Shown here: piece after piece, positions 1 to 10,473 of the stretch
Numbering within the stretch: the first letter of the stretch is position 1
Layout of the letters: each line of letters begins with the position of its first letter
Assembly: GCA_023659865.1 (NCBI GenBank)
Contig: JAGXON010000005.1
Span: 1 to 64,000 of the forward strand
Origin: Candidatus Diapherotrites archaeon LH_S9
Lineage (GTDB): Archaea > B1Sed10-29 > WALL01 > JAGXON01
DNA: 64,000 nucleotides
Reading direction: 5' to 3'
The notes under the pieces: model-generated
The model's database searches: none
Told to the model about the DNA's origin: nothing
What the model saw: the letters and a program-made list of their open reading frames with translations, nothing else
Program-made: the position numbers and the translations under genes

Positions 1-17
1 TAGATTAAAATGTTTCC

Positions 18-707
18 GTGAGAAAAAGTAATTGCATGCCTGAGGATATAGAAGATAGAGACATTGGAGATAGAGTTAGAGAGAAAGCAGCTGAAAGAAT
101 AGTTCAGATGAACAAGTGGCTCGAAAACGATAAGTGGGTGAAAGACTGGCTGAAAGAAAACGAGGAGTGGCTGAAAAACCAAGACCGGCTGGACAAAGAC
201 AAGAAGTGGCTGAAAGGCTGGCTGGAAGGAGAAGACGTAGAACCCGCAGACCTCTCTCCTGAAGACAAATTAGGGATAACAATCAAAAAAGCACAGGAAG
301 AGCTTGAAGGAGTGAAGGACGAAAGAATTTTAAGACATTATGTTTACGCTGCTCACGGGGAAGGAACGAGAAGCCATTACAAAGATCACGAGAAGGTTAA
401 AGAAGCTGCTGGCCATATAGGCGAGTACCTGACGGACAAACAGTTTTTCTATAAAGTGATTCATAATAAGGCTTTTGATCAATTCATAGAGAACATTGGT
501 TCCCCGGAAAACATCCTTTTCCCGCAGGAGCTGGCGGAAGAAATTGAATCACCAGATTCACTGAAGAAGGAGATGGATGAAGACGAAATAAACCAGTTCA
601 AGCTAGCGAAGGTACGTGCCGCTAAGAAGAAAGCTCAACAGGGCGATAAAAAATTTTCAGAGAAACTCGAGAAGAGGATAGAGGAGCTGGAAGAGGAGTT
701 TAGCTGA
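18..707 (+). CDS. hypothetical protein with tandem Trp-Leu-Lys ('KWL') repeats and an acidic C-terminus; the start may be the ATG at 36
   Basis: ORF of 229 aa; N-terminal region holds four or more repeats of the form KWLxNDKWVKDWLKENEEWLKNQ...KKWLKGWLEG, also visible in DNA as repeated 'tggctgaaa'; no recognisable catalytic motif. Confidence 0.4.
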   Translation: MRKSNCMPEDIEDRDIGDRVREKAAERIVQMNKWLENDKWVKDWLKENEEWLKNQDRLDKDKKWLKGWLEGEDVEPADLSPEDKLGITIKKAQEELEGVKDERILRHYVYAAHGEGTRSHYKDHEKVKEAAGHIGEYLTDKQFFYKVIHNKAFDQFIENIGSPENILFPQELAEEIESPDSLKKEMDEDEINQFKLAKVRAAKKKAQQGDKKFSEKLEKRIEELEEEFS

Positions 708-749
708 TTTCACGAGGATTTCAAAGAAAGAACGCCTAGTGCAAAGGAA

Positions 750-992
750 GTGGCCGCAGACAAGAAGAAGATTAACGTTTTCAGAAAGTTAACAGAAGTT
801 CAGAACCTTTTGAAAGAAATTAAGGAAGAGCACCCATATGCTTCTAGGAAAGAAGCTCTTGGCATACTGGATTCCACAGTTGAAAGCGGTGAAAGCACGA
901 TAAGGGAATACATAAAAGCTGTGAGAGGGAAGAAAGGAATGCCAAAATACGATAAATACCCCCAGTTCTTCTCAGAAGGAAAAAGAAGCTGA
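750..992 (+). CDS. small hypothetical protein (GTG start)
   Basis: 80-aa ORF with coding-like composition in an intergenic position; no motif recognised. Confidence 0.25.
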   Translation: MAADKKKINVFRKLTEVQNLLKEIKEEHPYASRKEALGILDSTVESGESTIREYIKAVRGKKGMPKYDKYPQFFSEGKRS

Positions 993-1167
993 GTAACGTT
1001 TTGATATTAATAGTGGGAAACAGGTTCTGAAGAAAATTGAGCGTAATAGAGATAAGGAGAGGGGTTGGAAAGAAGTGAGTGAAACCTAGGACTAGCTAAG
1101 TCTAAGGCATAGGAATCAGTCTATTGATTCTTGTTGGTGCTGGTCCAGGTTTTCGTGAGAAAAGAGT

Positions 1168-1368
1168 TTATTCTTCGTTCACTTTTTCTACATCGATGGC
1201 TTTTAGACCTCTGTCTGTTTCTTCAACTTCGAATTCTACTTCGTCGCCTTCCTCAACCGTTTCTTCTTCTGCGATGTTGCTGAGGTGGACAAATACGTCT
1301 TCTCCGCCTTCTCTTCCTATGAAGCCGTATCTTTTTTTGAGGTTGAACCATTTTACAGTTCCGTTCAT
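1168..1368 (-). CDS. cold-shock domain protein (CspA family)
   Basis: N-terminus MNGTVKWFNLKKRYGFIGREGGEDVFVHLSNI matches the RNP1/RNP2 core of bacterial cold-shock proteins (GxVKWFNxxKGFGFI...DVFVHxS); 66 aa with an acidic tail. Confidence 0.75.
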   Translation of the reverse strand: MNGTVKWFNLKKRYGFIGREGGEDVFVHLSNIAEEETVEEGDEVEFEVEETDRGLKAIDVEKVNEE

Positions 1369-1470
1369 TTTTTTGCTCCTATTCTATGTTGATGTTAAGT
1401 TTGTGGAGCCTTTCAATCTGGCTTTTTCAAACAAGGGATTAGGATTTAAAGAATGTGACTTCTAATATTA

Positions 1471-3171
1471 GTGAAAATGCTTGGTCTTGAATTCAACTTA
1501 TTGTTCGATATCGGGATAATCCTGATAGTAGGAACTATACTAGCCTATATCCTGAAGAAATTAAAGCAGCCTCCGCTGATCGCATACATACTGGCAGGAG
1601 TACTACTTGGACCCATAGGTTTTTCGCTTATAACCAGTCAAGAAGATATACTCCTCCTAGCAGAACTAGGAATTGCCTTTCTCCTTTTCATTGCAGGAAT
1701 AGAACTCGATATAGACAGATTAAAAAGAGCTGGAGTCCCTTCTGTGTTAGTGGGAGTGATTCAGACCGGGGTAGCCTTCTTGATCGGTAATTTAATCGCA
1801 AGGTTCTTTGGGTACCCTTTTTCCTCTGCAATTTTCATCGGACTTGCAGTTTCTTTCAGCAGCACTATGATAGTAGTGAAAATCCTTTCAGAGCGAAAGA
1901 AGTTAAATTCATTAACCGGAAGACTATCTCTAGGCATACTGTTAGTGGAAGACATTATAATAATCGTGGCTCTATCCCTACTAAGCAGTTGGACTGGAAC
2001 ATCTTCTTTGCAAGGAATATCTCAAATAGTGGTTAATGGAGCAGGTCTAGTAGCCATAGCAATAGTAATGAGTAAATACATTCTTCCAAAAGCCCTTGAA
2101 TTTGCTGCAGACACAAGAGAGATCTTTTTCCTTGCATCAGTCACCACTTGTTTCTTCTTCATAGGCCTAGCCTCAGCACTAGGTTTCTCCATAGCTATCG
2201 GAGGCTTTATTGCAGGACTAGCCCTTGCCACACACCCGTATAACGTTGAAATATCGGCTAGGATGGATTCTCTCAAAGATTTCTTCACTGTAATCTTTTT
2301 CGCTTCACTTGGAATGCAACTGTATCCTCATGTAATAGTCAAAGAGATATGGCTCGTAATATCTCTTCTATCCGTACTGTTCATAGTGAAACCTATAGTT
2401 ATGAGCTCGGTGCTCAGTTACCTTGGTTATGGTACAAGAGTACCTATAAAGACTGGTATCGGGCTAGCTCAGGGCAGTGAATTCGTTTTCATATTGGCAA
2501 GCCAAGGACTGGTGTTAAACGCGATAACACAGGAAACTTATTCAGTGATGATTTCAGTGATACTGTTTTCGATAGCAGTAACTCCTTACAGCTTTAAGTT
2601 CGCAAATAAAATAGCTAACTATTTCATGAAAAAATTTCCTAGAGGACTGTTGAGAAGAAAAAGAATAGATGAGCTGGAAAAAGAGAAAAAGAATCTAAAG
2701 AATCATATAATACTGATAGGTTGCGATGTTATGGGAAGAAGTATCTTGGACGAAATAGGCCATGGTAATGTCTTGGTCATAGACCACGACCCAGAAGAAG
2801 TTGAAGAGCTGCGAGAAGAAGGATACAAAGCAATCTACGGAGAAGCAGACTGCGAGATGATCATCTCGGAACTGAACGTGGAGAAAGCAAAAATGGTTGT
2901 GGAAACCGTCCCTAACTTCGAAGAAAGCCTTTACATCCTCAGAAAAGTCAAAAAAATGAATGAAGACTTGCTAGTAGTTAACACGGCCGTCAGAGTCGAT
3001 GACGCTTTAAGACTTTACGAAGAAGGATCTGACCTAGTTCTAGTTCCAACGGAAGTAGCTGGAGAAAAAGCATCAGCAGACATAAAGAAAATATTGAAGG
3101 GAAAAAACTTAAAGGAAAAAGAAATTCAAAACCTTAAGCAACTGGAAGCAGAAACATACGAAATAATCTAG
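1471..3171 (+). CDS. CPA2-family monovalent cation:proton antiporter (Kef/NapA-like) with a C-terminal RCK/TrkA-N domain
   Basis: About 12 predicted TM helices followed by a Rossmann-like ILIGCDVMGRSILDEIGHGNVLVIDHDPEEVEELREEG (GxGxxG, TrkA-N); 566 aa. Confidence 0.7.
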   Translation: MKMLGLEFNLLFDIGIILIVGTILAYILKKLKQPPLIAYILAGVLLGPIGFSLITSQEDILLLAELGIAFLLFIAGIELDIDRLKRAGVPSVLVGVIQTGVAFLIGNLIARFFGYPFSSAIFIGLAVSFSSTMIVVKILSERKKLNSLTGRLSLGILLVEDIIIIVALSLLSSWTGTSSLQGISQIVVNGAGLVAIAIVMSKYILPKALEFAADTREIFFLASVTTCFFFIGLASALGFSIAIGGFIAGLALATHPYNVEISARMDSLKDFFTVIFFASLGMQLYPHVIVKEIWLVISLLSVLFIVKPIVMSSVLSYLGYGTRVPIKTGIGLAQGSEFVFILASQGLVLNAITQETYSVMISVILFSIAVTPYSFKFANKIANYFMKKFPRGLLRRKRIDELEKEKKNLKNHIILIGCDVMGRSILDEIGHGNVLVIDHDPEEVEELREEGYKAIYGEADCEMIISELNVEKAKMVVETVPNFEESLYILRKVKKMNEDLLVVNTAVRVDDALRLYEEGSDLVLVPTEVAGEKASADIKKILKGKNLKEKEIQNLKQLEAETYEII

Positions 3172-3183
3172 AAAAGGAAAAAA

Positions 3184-3753
3184 ATGAAAAAGAAATTGAT
3201 GGGTCTACTGGTTCTTGCAATCCTTTCAGCTGGTTGCATTAACACAAACCAGGATCAAGGGCTGGAATACAAAGAAGCTAGAGTTGTCACGAACCATGAG
3301 TACTTTGAAACTGCAAACGAACTTATTTCAAGCGCTAACAGCTCGATAAAACTGCTGATGTTCCAGGCAAGAAAATACGATGATTATCCTGACTCGGAAA
3401 GCAATCAACTTCTCGAGCAAATAATTCAGAAAAACCAGCAAGGAATCGATACAAAAATCGTTCTCGAAGGAGGCGAAGACTTCCTAGGAGAAGAATGGAA
3501 AACAAAACAGTTCTCAGCCTACAATTACCTTAATTCGAACAACGTCCCGGTCAAAGAAGACCCTGAAGGAACATTAACTCATGCAAAGCTATTGATCGTG
3601 GACGAATACGTTTTGATCGGTTCAACGAACTGGAACTACAACGCCTTGACAAAAAACCATGAAACGAATTTGCTGGTGAAGTCAAGAAAAATAAGGGACG
3701 AGTACACTAACTACTTCAACCAAATCTGGAAAAAATCCAGGGAATACCAGTAG
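3184..3753 (+). CDS. secreted lipoprotein with a single phospholipase-D-like HKD motif (Nuc-like nuclease/phosphodiesterase)
   Basis: Signal peptide plus lipobox-like LSAGC; HKD signature [20 protein letters not shown] (HxKxxxxD...GSxN). Confidence 0.55.
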   Translation: MKKKLMGLLVLAILSAGCINTNQDQGLEYKEARVVTNHEYFETANELISSANSSIKLLMFQARKYDDYPDSESNQLLEQIIQKNQQGIDTKIVLEGGEDFLGEEWKTKQFSAYNYLNSNNVPVKEDPEGTLTHAKLLIVDEYVLIGSTNWNYNALTKNHETNLLVKSRKIRDEYTNYFNQIWKKSREYQ

Positions 3754-3764
3754 AGGAAAACAAC

Positions 3765-5000
3765 GTGAAACTCGATGAAATAGATCCAGAAGTCAATAAA
3801 GCCATAAAAAACGAGATAAACCGGCAGAAAAACCAGTTAGAAATGATTGCTTCAGAAAACTTTGCAAGCGAAGCCGTTCTGAAAGCTCAAGGCTGCGTAA
3901 TGACCAATAAATACGCCGAAGGCCTTCCAGGAAACCGTTACTACGGCGGATGCGAGTACGTTGACATTGTCGAAGAACTCGCGATAAAAAGAGCTAAAAA
4001 AGTTTTCAACGCAGAACACGTGAACGTACAACCGCACTCAGGATCACAGGCCAACATGGCCGCTTACTTCTCGGTGATGGATGAAGGAGACACTATTCTT
4101 GGCCCAAAATTATCTCACGGAGGACACTTAAGTCACGGAAGCCCTTACAGCTTTTCAGGCCAGTTGTTCAACACGATCCAGTACGAGATCGATCCAGAGA
4201 CAGAGAGATGGAACCACGACCAGATAATCGAACTCGCTGAAGAAAACAAGCCAGACGTTGTTTTAACAGGATACAGTGCTTACCCTCGAGAAATCGATTT
4301 CAGCGCATTCAAAGAAGCTGCAGACGCAGCAGGCGCTTACTTGATAGCGGACATAGCGCACATCGCTGGTTTAGTGGCTGCAGGAGAGCACGAGAACCCG
4401 TTTCCTGAAGCAGACATCGTAACAACGACCACGCACAAGACGTTGAGAGGAGCAAGAGGTGGCGTGATCATGAGCAAGAAAGAACTGGCTGAAGACGTGG
4501 ACTTTTCGGTGTTCCCGTGGATGCAGGGCGGGCCTTTGATGCATGTGATTGCTGGAAAAGCAGTTACTTTCAAAGAAGCATTGACTCAAAGCTTTGAAGA
4601 ATATCAGAAGCAGATTGTGAGGAACGCGAAAGCGCTTGCGTCTGTTCTGAAAGAGAATGGCTTGAAACTCATGTCAGGCGGAACAGACAATCACTTGATT
4701 CTGGCGGATGTCACGAGTGTTGGCCGAACAGGTAAAGAAGCTGAGGACTTGCTTCATGATGTTGGGATCACTTTGAATAAGAACATGATTCCTTTTGACG
4801 ACAGAAAGGCGGAGGATCCAAGCGGAATCAGGATTGGTACGCCTGCGTTAACAACTCGAGGTATGAAGGAAGAGGAAATGCAAGAGATTGGTGAAATGAT
4901 TATTAGCGTCTTGAAAGGAAAAGAAAGCAAGAATAAAGTAAGTGAAAGGGTTGAAGAGCTTTGTGAAGAGTTCCCACTCTACGAGGATTTGGAGTGGTGA
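3765..5000 (+). CDS. glyA: serine hydroxymethyltransferase
   Basis: SHMT hallmarks: [42 protein letters not shown] and the PLP-Lys region [16 protein letters not shown]. Confidence 0.9.
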   Translation: MKLDEIDPEVNKAIKNEINRQKNQLEMIASENFASEAVLKAQGCVMTNKYAEGLPGNRYYGGCEYVDIVEELAIKRAKKVFNAEHVNVQPHSGSQANMAAYFSVMDEGDTILGPKLSHGGHLSHGSPYSFSGQLFNTIQYEIDPETERWNHDQIIELAEENKPDVVLTGYSAYPREIDFSAFKEAADAAGAYLIADIAHIAGLVAAGEHENPFPEADIVTTTTHKTLRGARGGVIMSKKELAEDVDFSVFPWMQGGPLMHVIAGKAVTFKEALTQSFEEYQKQIVRNAKALASVLKENGLKLMSGGTDNHLILADVTSVGRTGKEAEDLLHDVGITLNKNMIPFDDRKAEDPSGIRIGTPALTTRGMKEEEMQEIGEMIISVLKGKESKNKVSERVEELCEEFPLYEDLEW

Positions 5001-5001
5001 A

Positions 5002-5484
5002 ATGAATAGAGTAAAGGAATTCGATGAAAAACTGCCTAAGTTTCCTGACGGACGAATCGATTATCGTGAATCAGATACTGCTCTGATCGTGACTGCTTTC
5101 CTGAAGTTCGGGAACGAGATTCTTTTGATGAAGAGAAGTGATAAGGTAGCTGAGTACAAGGGAAGGTGGAACACTGTTGCAGGTTACTTTGACAGGATGG
5201 AGCCAGCTGGAGACAGGGCTTTGAAAGAAGTTAAGGAGGAGACTGGAGTCACGGAAGATCTTGTTTCTGCTCTTGTGATCGGGGAAGTTTTTGAATTCAC
5301 TGACGAGGATATAAATAAAACCTGGATTGTTCATCCCGTGCTTTTTGAATTAACTGATAAACCTGAGATCAAGCTGGATTGGGAGCACACTGACTACAAG
5401 TGGATCGGAACTGAAGAACTGGAAGACTTTGACACTGTTCCAAAGCTCGATAAAAGTCTTGAAAACACTTTACAGGTACTCTAG
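5002..5484 (+). CDS. NUDIX hydrolase
   Basis: Nudix box GYFDRMEPAGDRALKEVKEETGV (Gx5Ex7[RK]EvxEExG); start reassigned to the ATG at 5002, just after the glyA stop. Confidence 0.6.
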   Translation: MNRVKEFDEKLPKFPDGRIDYRESDTALIVTAFLKFGNEILLMKRSDKVAEYKGRWNTVAGYFDRMEPAGDRALKEVKEETGVTEDLVSALVIGEVFEFTDEDINKTWIVHPVLFELTDKPEIKLDWEHTDYKWIGTEELEDFDTVPKLDKSLENTLQVL

Positions 5485-6063
5485 GTCTTCTTGAGATAGA
5501 ACTGAGAAAACTCCTTTTCTGCTCCCGTTTTCTCCTACAGAAACTTTTCCAACTTTTTCTTTATTTGATTCAAGATCAAATTGTTTCAGGAAATCTTCTT
5601 TTTCTTCTCCTAGTCCAATACTCAGTGCCTTAAAGTTCATGTTTCTCTTTGCTGCTTCTAACCCTTTTTCAACCCGAGGAGTTTCCTGAACTTCCTCTAG
5701 TTTGTCTGAAAGTGGGCCCATATGCTCCTTGAATTTTTCCGAGTTTTTATCGAAGTCAATGTTATGAGAGTGGATCAAGGAAACGTCAGATAAAGCTTTT
5801 TCTATGTGCTGAAAATCTGGTTCTCCTTTTATGTTGTCGAGAACTTTCTCATAATTATCTGAATTAAGTTCCTTACCGCTTTTAACGTGATGGAATAAAG
5901 TTCTTGCCATTTCTTCTTCGCTGTTTCCTTCTTCCAGGTTATCCAGAACTTTTTCTATGTGATCGTTGTTGAGATTCCCGTTCCTTGCATTTTCGTGCAG
6001 AACCGAGATATCTTCTTCATCATGTTCCCCTTTTCCTATTTTCTCGAGGATGTCAAATACCAT
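5470..6063 (-). CDS. hypothetical protein with internal repeats (HIEKVLDNLEEG.../YEKVLDNIKGE...)
   Basis: 197-aa ORF with coding-like composition; no motif recognised. Confidence 0.3.
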   Translation of the reverse strand: MVFDILEKIGKGEHDEEDISVLHENARNGNLNNDHIEKVLDNLEEGNSEEEMARTLFHHVKSGKELNSDNYEKVLDNIKGEPDFQHIEKALSDVSLIHSHNIDFDKNSEKFKEHMGPLSDKLEEVQETPRVEKGLEAAKRNMNFKALSIGLGEEKEDFLKQFDLESNKEKVGKVSVGENGSRKGVFSVLSQEDLEYL

Positions 6064-6140
6064 ATGTATTGTTTCTTACGTTCTAGTTAAAAAAATTTCC
6101 GGAATGATTTATAAATAAAGATAGTTTAATTGAGAGTAGA

Positions 6141-6857
6141 GTGATAAAAATGATTTTGAACATGTCAGCAAGCGCCTTGCAAAACCTCTTGATAAATCTT
6201 GTTACAAGCTTAGTGCTTGGAATAGCTTTAATCGCTGTAGGCTACGGGATAGCAGTGATAGTTAAAACAGTGCTTGAAAGAGCTCTAGAGAAAATAGATA
6301 TAGAGGAAAGAATGGAGGAGCGCGGGCTGGAGAACGCCTTGTTCGGTTTCTCTTTAGAAGGAGTGATAACTGGACTAGTGAAATGGATAATATTCCTGTG
6401 GTTCCTTGTTTCAGCAGTGAACATCATTGAAACCGGTTTCATTTCAGCTACTCCGCAAACAAAACCTGTTCTGACTAACTTCTTGATTGGTTTAGTGCAG
6501 TTCCTACCATCATTGCTTGAAGGAATGCTGATAATCATTGTTGGTTTGCTAGCAGCAGACTACCTTGCCACGAAAGTCAGAGAAGGAATACAAACCTACT
6601 CGAAACCAATCGCAGCTGGAGTAAGAGCATTAGCGATATACTTCACGGTAACCATCGCCCTCAGTAACCCTAACTACAACATAAACGTACAGATAATAAC
6701 ACAGATTTTCGAGTACTTCGTACTAGCGATTGCAATAGGAATCGGAGGCGGACTAGCGCTATCAATTGGTTTAGGTCTGAAGGACACGGTCAGGAAAGTA
6801 GCTAGGAAGCATGAAAGAAGTCTCGAAAAGTTCTTGGCAGGAAAAAAAGAGGATTGA
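6141..6857 (+). CDS. hypothetical integral membrane protein
   Basis: 238 aa with about 5-6 hydrophobic helices; no catalytic motif. Confidence 0.35.
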   Translation: MIKMILNMSASALQNLLINLVTSLVLGIALIAVGYGIAVIVKTVLERALEKIDIEERMEERGLENALFGFSLEGVITGLVKWIIFLWFLVSAVNIIETGFISATPQTKPVLTNFLIGLVQFLPSLLEGMLIIIVGLLAADYLATKVREGIQTYSKPIAAGVRALAIYFTVTIALSNPNYNINVQIITQIFEYFVLAIAIGIGGGLALSIGLGLKDTVRKVARKHERSLEKFLAGKKED

Positions 6858-8474
6858 TTACTTAACGTTAAGTGCGGCTAGCCTGAGTTCTGTACCTACT
6901 GCAGGATGAGGTAAGTCAAAATTAGTCAATACCTTTGGATGGATTTCTCCCATCCAACCTATTTCTTTTCCTTTTACTGATATTTTTGCTGCTCTTCCTT
7001 TAAAGAGGAAAGGCTTCCGTGTTCTTGTGAGCTCGTAGTTCAGGCCGAGCTGAGAGAACAAAGAGTTGGCAAGAGCCTTTATTTTGGTGAACCCTATTTT
7101 TGGTCCTGAAAGTATTGCTGCAAGTCTTTTGCTCTCCTTTATCCTTCCGTCTTCTCTTTTGATTACTTTTCCAGTTTCAAACACTTCTTGCGGGAAAGAA
7201 TGGTGCGTGTTGTTTGAAAGGGTTTTGAGAAGTCCTGGAGTAAGCATGTTTCGGAGGGCGTCATAGTTTTCGTTGACTGGATTCGTTGCTTTTACCAATG
7301 GTTGTTTTTTTCTCCCCATTTTTTGGATGAGTGTTTTTTCGTTGGTGAGATGGTAGTTTTTGCATTCGACGAGTCCGAGTGAAGTCATTGTGCTGTTGAT
7401 TATTTTCTCGAAAAATGTTAGCCTGCTCTCGGAACCCAACCCCCTTAATTCCGGTATTTCTGGTTCAAAGTTCTCGTATCCGTGAGCTACTGCAATGTCT
7501 TCAACTAAATCAATTTGGTGCAGCACGTCAGTCCGGTAACAAGGAACAAAAACGATTTCTTCAGTTGTTCCAAACCTCATCTTTTCCAGTTCTTTTCTTA
7601 TCTCGTCTTCGGAAAAGTTTTTCCCAAGTAATTTGTTCACGTAGTCTTTTTCAATCGTCATTTTATCTGGCGTTAGGTCTGGGAAGGTTTCTCCGTTCAA
7701 CCGAACCTCGTGTATCTTTCCACCCATGTCAGCCATTGCTGTGGCCATTATGTTCAGTGTCTGCATCACTATTTTCTTGTCGTAGCCAGTAACGTCGAGG
7801 AAGAACTCGTTGTCTCCTGGTGTAACCTGGGTTTGTTTTCCGTTGATAATTGGTGGTAAAGATAAAAGCATTCCGTTGTCGTCTATCCATGCCGGGAACT
7901 TCTTGTATCCCTCGAGCAGGTGAGCAAATTTCCGCCCTTTCGGGTGCTCTTCCAGTACTTTTCGAGCCGTCATTTCTTCTTCAGCTTGCAGTGGATGAAA
8001 AGAAAAGCTTTTGCTTACTCCCCTGTATTTGACAGGGAAAGTGATAGGATCCAGGTTATGTAATCCTATTGCTGCTTCTTTTCTTCTTCTCCCGTGGGTG
8101 ACGTGCAGTTTTTCTTGTAACTGCATCAGTGACTCCAAGAGTTTTTCGTTAACTGTTAGGCCTTTAACGACTGCTGCTGCAGCCACTGGCCTGGCTTCAG
8201 GTTCTTCTGTTTCAGCTTCGAAGCTTTCTTCCTTGTTTATCTCGTATTCTTTTAGGCCGATTTCTTCTTCTATGAGGCCTTTCAGGTTCTTTGCCAGTCC
8301 TTCTTCGTAAAGTAGGTCAGGTCGGTCCGGGAACACTTCTACATTGATTTTGCTAGTGCTGACTGATCCCACGTCTGTTCCTAGCATGGATATTTCGTGC
8401 TCTAGCTGTTCGTCTGTTAATTCTGTTTTAATGGTTTTTATGACTCTTTTTTTGTCGAGTTCTACTGTTGGCAT
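6858..8474 (-). CDS. pheT: phenylalanine--tRNA ligase beta subunit (archaeal type)
   Basis: Archaeal PheT-like B3/B4 and B5 domains and a C-terminal class-II-like fold; start codon overlaps the pheS stop at 8474. Confidence 0.85.
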   Translation of the reverse strand: MPTVELDKKRVIKTIKTELTDEQLEHEISMLGTDVGSVSTSKINVEVFPDRPDLLYEEGLAKNLKGLIEEEIGLKEYEINKEESFEAETEEPEARPVAAAAVVKGLTVNEKLLESLMQLQEKLHVTHGRRRKEAAIGLHNLDPITFPVKYRGVSKSFSFHPLQAEEEMTARKVLEEHPKGRKFAHLLEGYKKFPAWIDDNGMLLSLPPIINGKQTQVTPGDNEFFLDVTGYDKKIVMQTLNIMATAMADMGGKIHEVRLNGETFPDLTPDKMTIEKDYVNKLLGKNFSEDEIRKELEKMRFGTTEEIVFVPCYRTDVLHQIDLVEDIAVAHGYENFEPEIPELRGLGSESRLTFFEKIINSTMTSLGLVECKNYHLTNEKTLIQKMGRKKQPLVKATNPVNENYDALRNMLTPGLLKTLSNNTHHSFPQEVFETGKVIKREDGRIKESKRLAAILSGPKIGFTKIKALANSLFSQLGLNYELTRTRKPFLFKGRAAKISVKGKEIGWMGEIHPKVLTNFDLPHPAVGTELRLAALNVK

Positions 8475-10021
8475 TAGTATCGCATCCAGTTCTTCATTTC
8501 TTTCAGTGTCTTCAGGTCGTTGGAGTAAAGTTTTCTAATGTCTTGGATGTCGTAGTAATCCATGATTAGCCTGTCGTATCCCATTCCCCAGGCGAGAACA
8601 GGGACTTCTTTACCTAATAATGGTTCGACTACTTCTGGTCTGAATATTCCTGCTCCTCCTAGCTCAATCCAGCTTTTTTTCACGGGATGCATCACTTCTA
8701 TTTCCAGAGACGGTTCAGTGTAAGGGAAGTAAGCTGGTCTGAACCTGGCTTTCTCGAACCCTAGTTTCCCAAAGAATTGTTTGAGGTATCCTAGTAAGTG
8801 CTTGAAGTTCACGTCAGGGTCGACAACAATTCCTTCAACTTGATTGAACTCGAACAAGTGACTCCAGTCAAGGGACTCGTTCCTGAAGCATCTTCCGACC
8901 GAGAAGTACTTCGAGGGCAGGTCATCTTCCGTAAGTTTACTTATGGCTTTTGCTGATAGCACTGTTGCATGAGTTCTAAGAACTCTTTTCCTGGCTTCTT
9001 CCTCGCTCCAGTCGTACTGCCAGCCTTTCGAGCCAGCAACTCCTTCCTCGTGAGCTTCTTTAACTCGTTCCACTAGCTCTTGCTCAGGCAAATCTGCTTG
9101 CTCGGGTTCAATGTAGAACGTATCCTGGAGTTCTCTTGCTGGATGATCTTGTGGCACGAAAAGCGCGTCGAAGTTCCAGAAAGTAGAGTTGATTAAAGGC
9201 CCGTTCATTTCTTTGAATCCTAGTTCTATCCAGATTTTTCTGACGTAGTCCATTGCTTGAGACACGAAGTGTTTTTTACCGAATTTCCGGTCTTTTACCG
9301 GTGCCTGTATGTCGTATTGCCTGAATTCTTTTCCTTTCCATTCACCGTCTTTCCATTCATCGCTCTTGAGCATGCGATGCGTTAACACGTTTATTTTTTC
9401 CTTGAACTCAAGCTTGTCTCCCAGTTCCAACTCGAGCCTGTCTTTCAGTTCCTTTTCTTTTTTTTCAGTTAATTGAACTGTTCTTTTTGTCTCTTCTGTT
9501 TCTTTGATTATCTTTCCTCTTTCCTTGAGGGTTTCGAGTATGTCGTCAGGGACTTCCTCTTCTTTTCTTGGTTTCTTGAGGTACTCTAGAGCTTTTTCTT
9601 CTTTTGTTTTACCGTAAAGAGCTTCTTCTCCGTCTTCAGTGAGTTCAATGTAGCCGGCTTCGATTCTGGCGAGGTTCTTTTTCATAAGCCAGGTTATAGC
9701 GATTTTTGCTTTTTTTTTCCCGAGCCGTTCCTTCAGTTCTTTTACTTCGAGACCGTTCTTGACTTCTTTTAAGGCCTTTCTTTCAGGCAGTTCTTCTTCT
9801 AAATAGTTTTTTCCTTCTTTGTTGAGCTCGAGGTGAATTGTTTTCGATTCCTTTATTTCAACTAAGTCTTTTGAGTAAAGCCAGAGCGATGCGTGGGAGA
9901 CAGAAGCATTAGGTAGACTGGTTTCTTCGGCTAGCTCTTCTTCAGTCATTTCTTTTTTTTCTTCTAGAGCTAGCAATATCTTCTTTTCGTGGTCGTGTAG
10001 ACTTTTCTTAAGATCCTGCAA
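8474..10021 (-). CDS. pheS: phenylalanine--tRNA ligase alpha subunit (archaeal type)
   Basis: Class II aaRS motifs (FRPAYFPYTEPSLEIEV...GAGIFRPEV, GWGMGYDRL) and N-terminal winged-helix repeats typical of archaeal PheS. Confidence 0.85.
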   Translation of the reverse strand: MQDLKKSLHDHEKKILLALEEKKEMTEEELAEETSLPNASVSHASLWLYSKDLVEIKESKTIHLELNKEGKNYLEEELPERKALKEVKNGLEVKELKERLGKKKAKIAITWLMKKNLARIEAGYIELTEDGEEALYGKTKEEKALEYLKKPRKEEEVPDDILETLKERGKIIKETEETKRTVQLTEKKEKELKDRLELELGDKLEFKEKINVLTHRMLKSDEWKDGEWKGKEFRQYDIQAPVKDRKFGKKHFVSQAMDYVRKIWIELGFKEMNGPLINSTFWNFDALFVPQDHPARELQDTFYIEPEQADLPEQELVERVKEAHEEGVAGSKGWQYDWSEEEARKRVLRTHATVLSAKAISKLTEDDLPSKYFSVGRCFRNESLDWSHLFEFNQVEGIVVDPDVNFKHLLGYLKQFFGKLGFEKARFRPAYFPYTEPSLEIEVMHPVKKSWIELGGAGIFRPEVVEPLLGKEVPVLAWGMGYDRLIMDYYDIQDIRKLYSNDLKTLKEMKNWMRY

Positions 10022-10083
10022 AGAAACACCTGCCTGAAAAATAATTACGTCTTTATTATAAAAAGGTGTGCGTAAAATACTGA

Positions 10084-10461
10084 GTGATTGAAATGCCTGT
10101 CCTAGATGCTTCAGCCATAATAAATCGAGTTGGAGAACCTCTGGAGGAAAAGAAATACTTCACTGTTCCCGAAGTCATCAAGGAGATAAAAGACCTGGTT
10201 TCAAGACAGGTACTGGAACTCGCCAAAGAAAAAGAGAATATAATAGTGTTCAGCCCGAGCAAGAAAAATTTGGAGCGAACAAAAGAAGCTGCAAAGAAAC
10301 TGAATGTTCTCAAAGACCTGAGCGACACCGATCTGAAAGTGATTGCTCTCGGACGGGAAAAAAACCAAAAAGTAGTCACAGACGATTATAGGATGCAGAA
10401 GACATGCAAAAAACTCAAAATTGGATTTGAGCCCGTCATACACAAAGGAATAGAAAAATAA
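10084..10461 (+). CDS. PIN-domain nuclease-like protein
   Basis: N-terminal MPVLDASAII (PIN acidic motif) and a later TDDYRMQ acidic patch; 125 aa. Confidence 0.4.
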   Translation: MIEMPVLDASAIINRVGEPLEEKKYFTVPEVIKEIKDLVSRQVLELAKEKENIIVFSPSKKNLERTKEAAKKLNVLKDLSDTDLKVIALGREKNQKVVTDDYRMQKTCKKLKIGFEPVIHKGIEK

Positions 10462-10473
10462 CAATTAAAAAGT

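Noticed and set aside
1124-1465. 113-aa plus-strand ORF
   Set aside because: Antisense shadow of the cold-shock protein gene; S/T/P-rich low-complexity translation.
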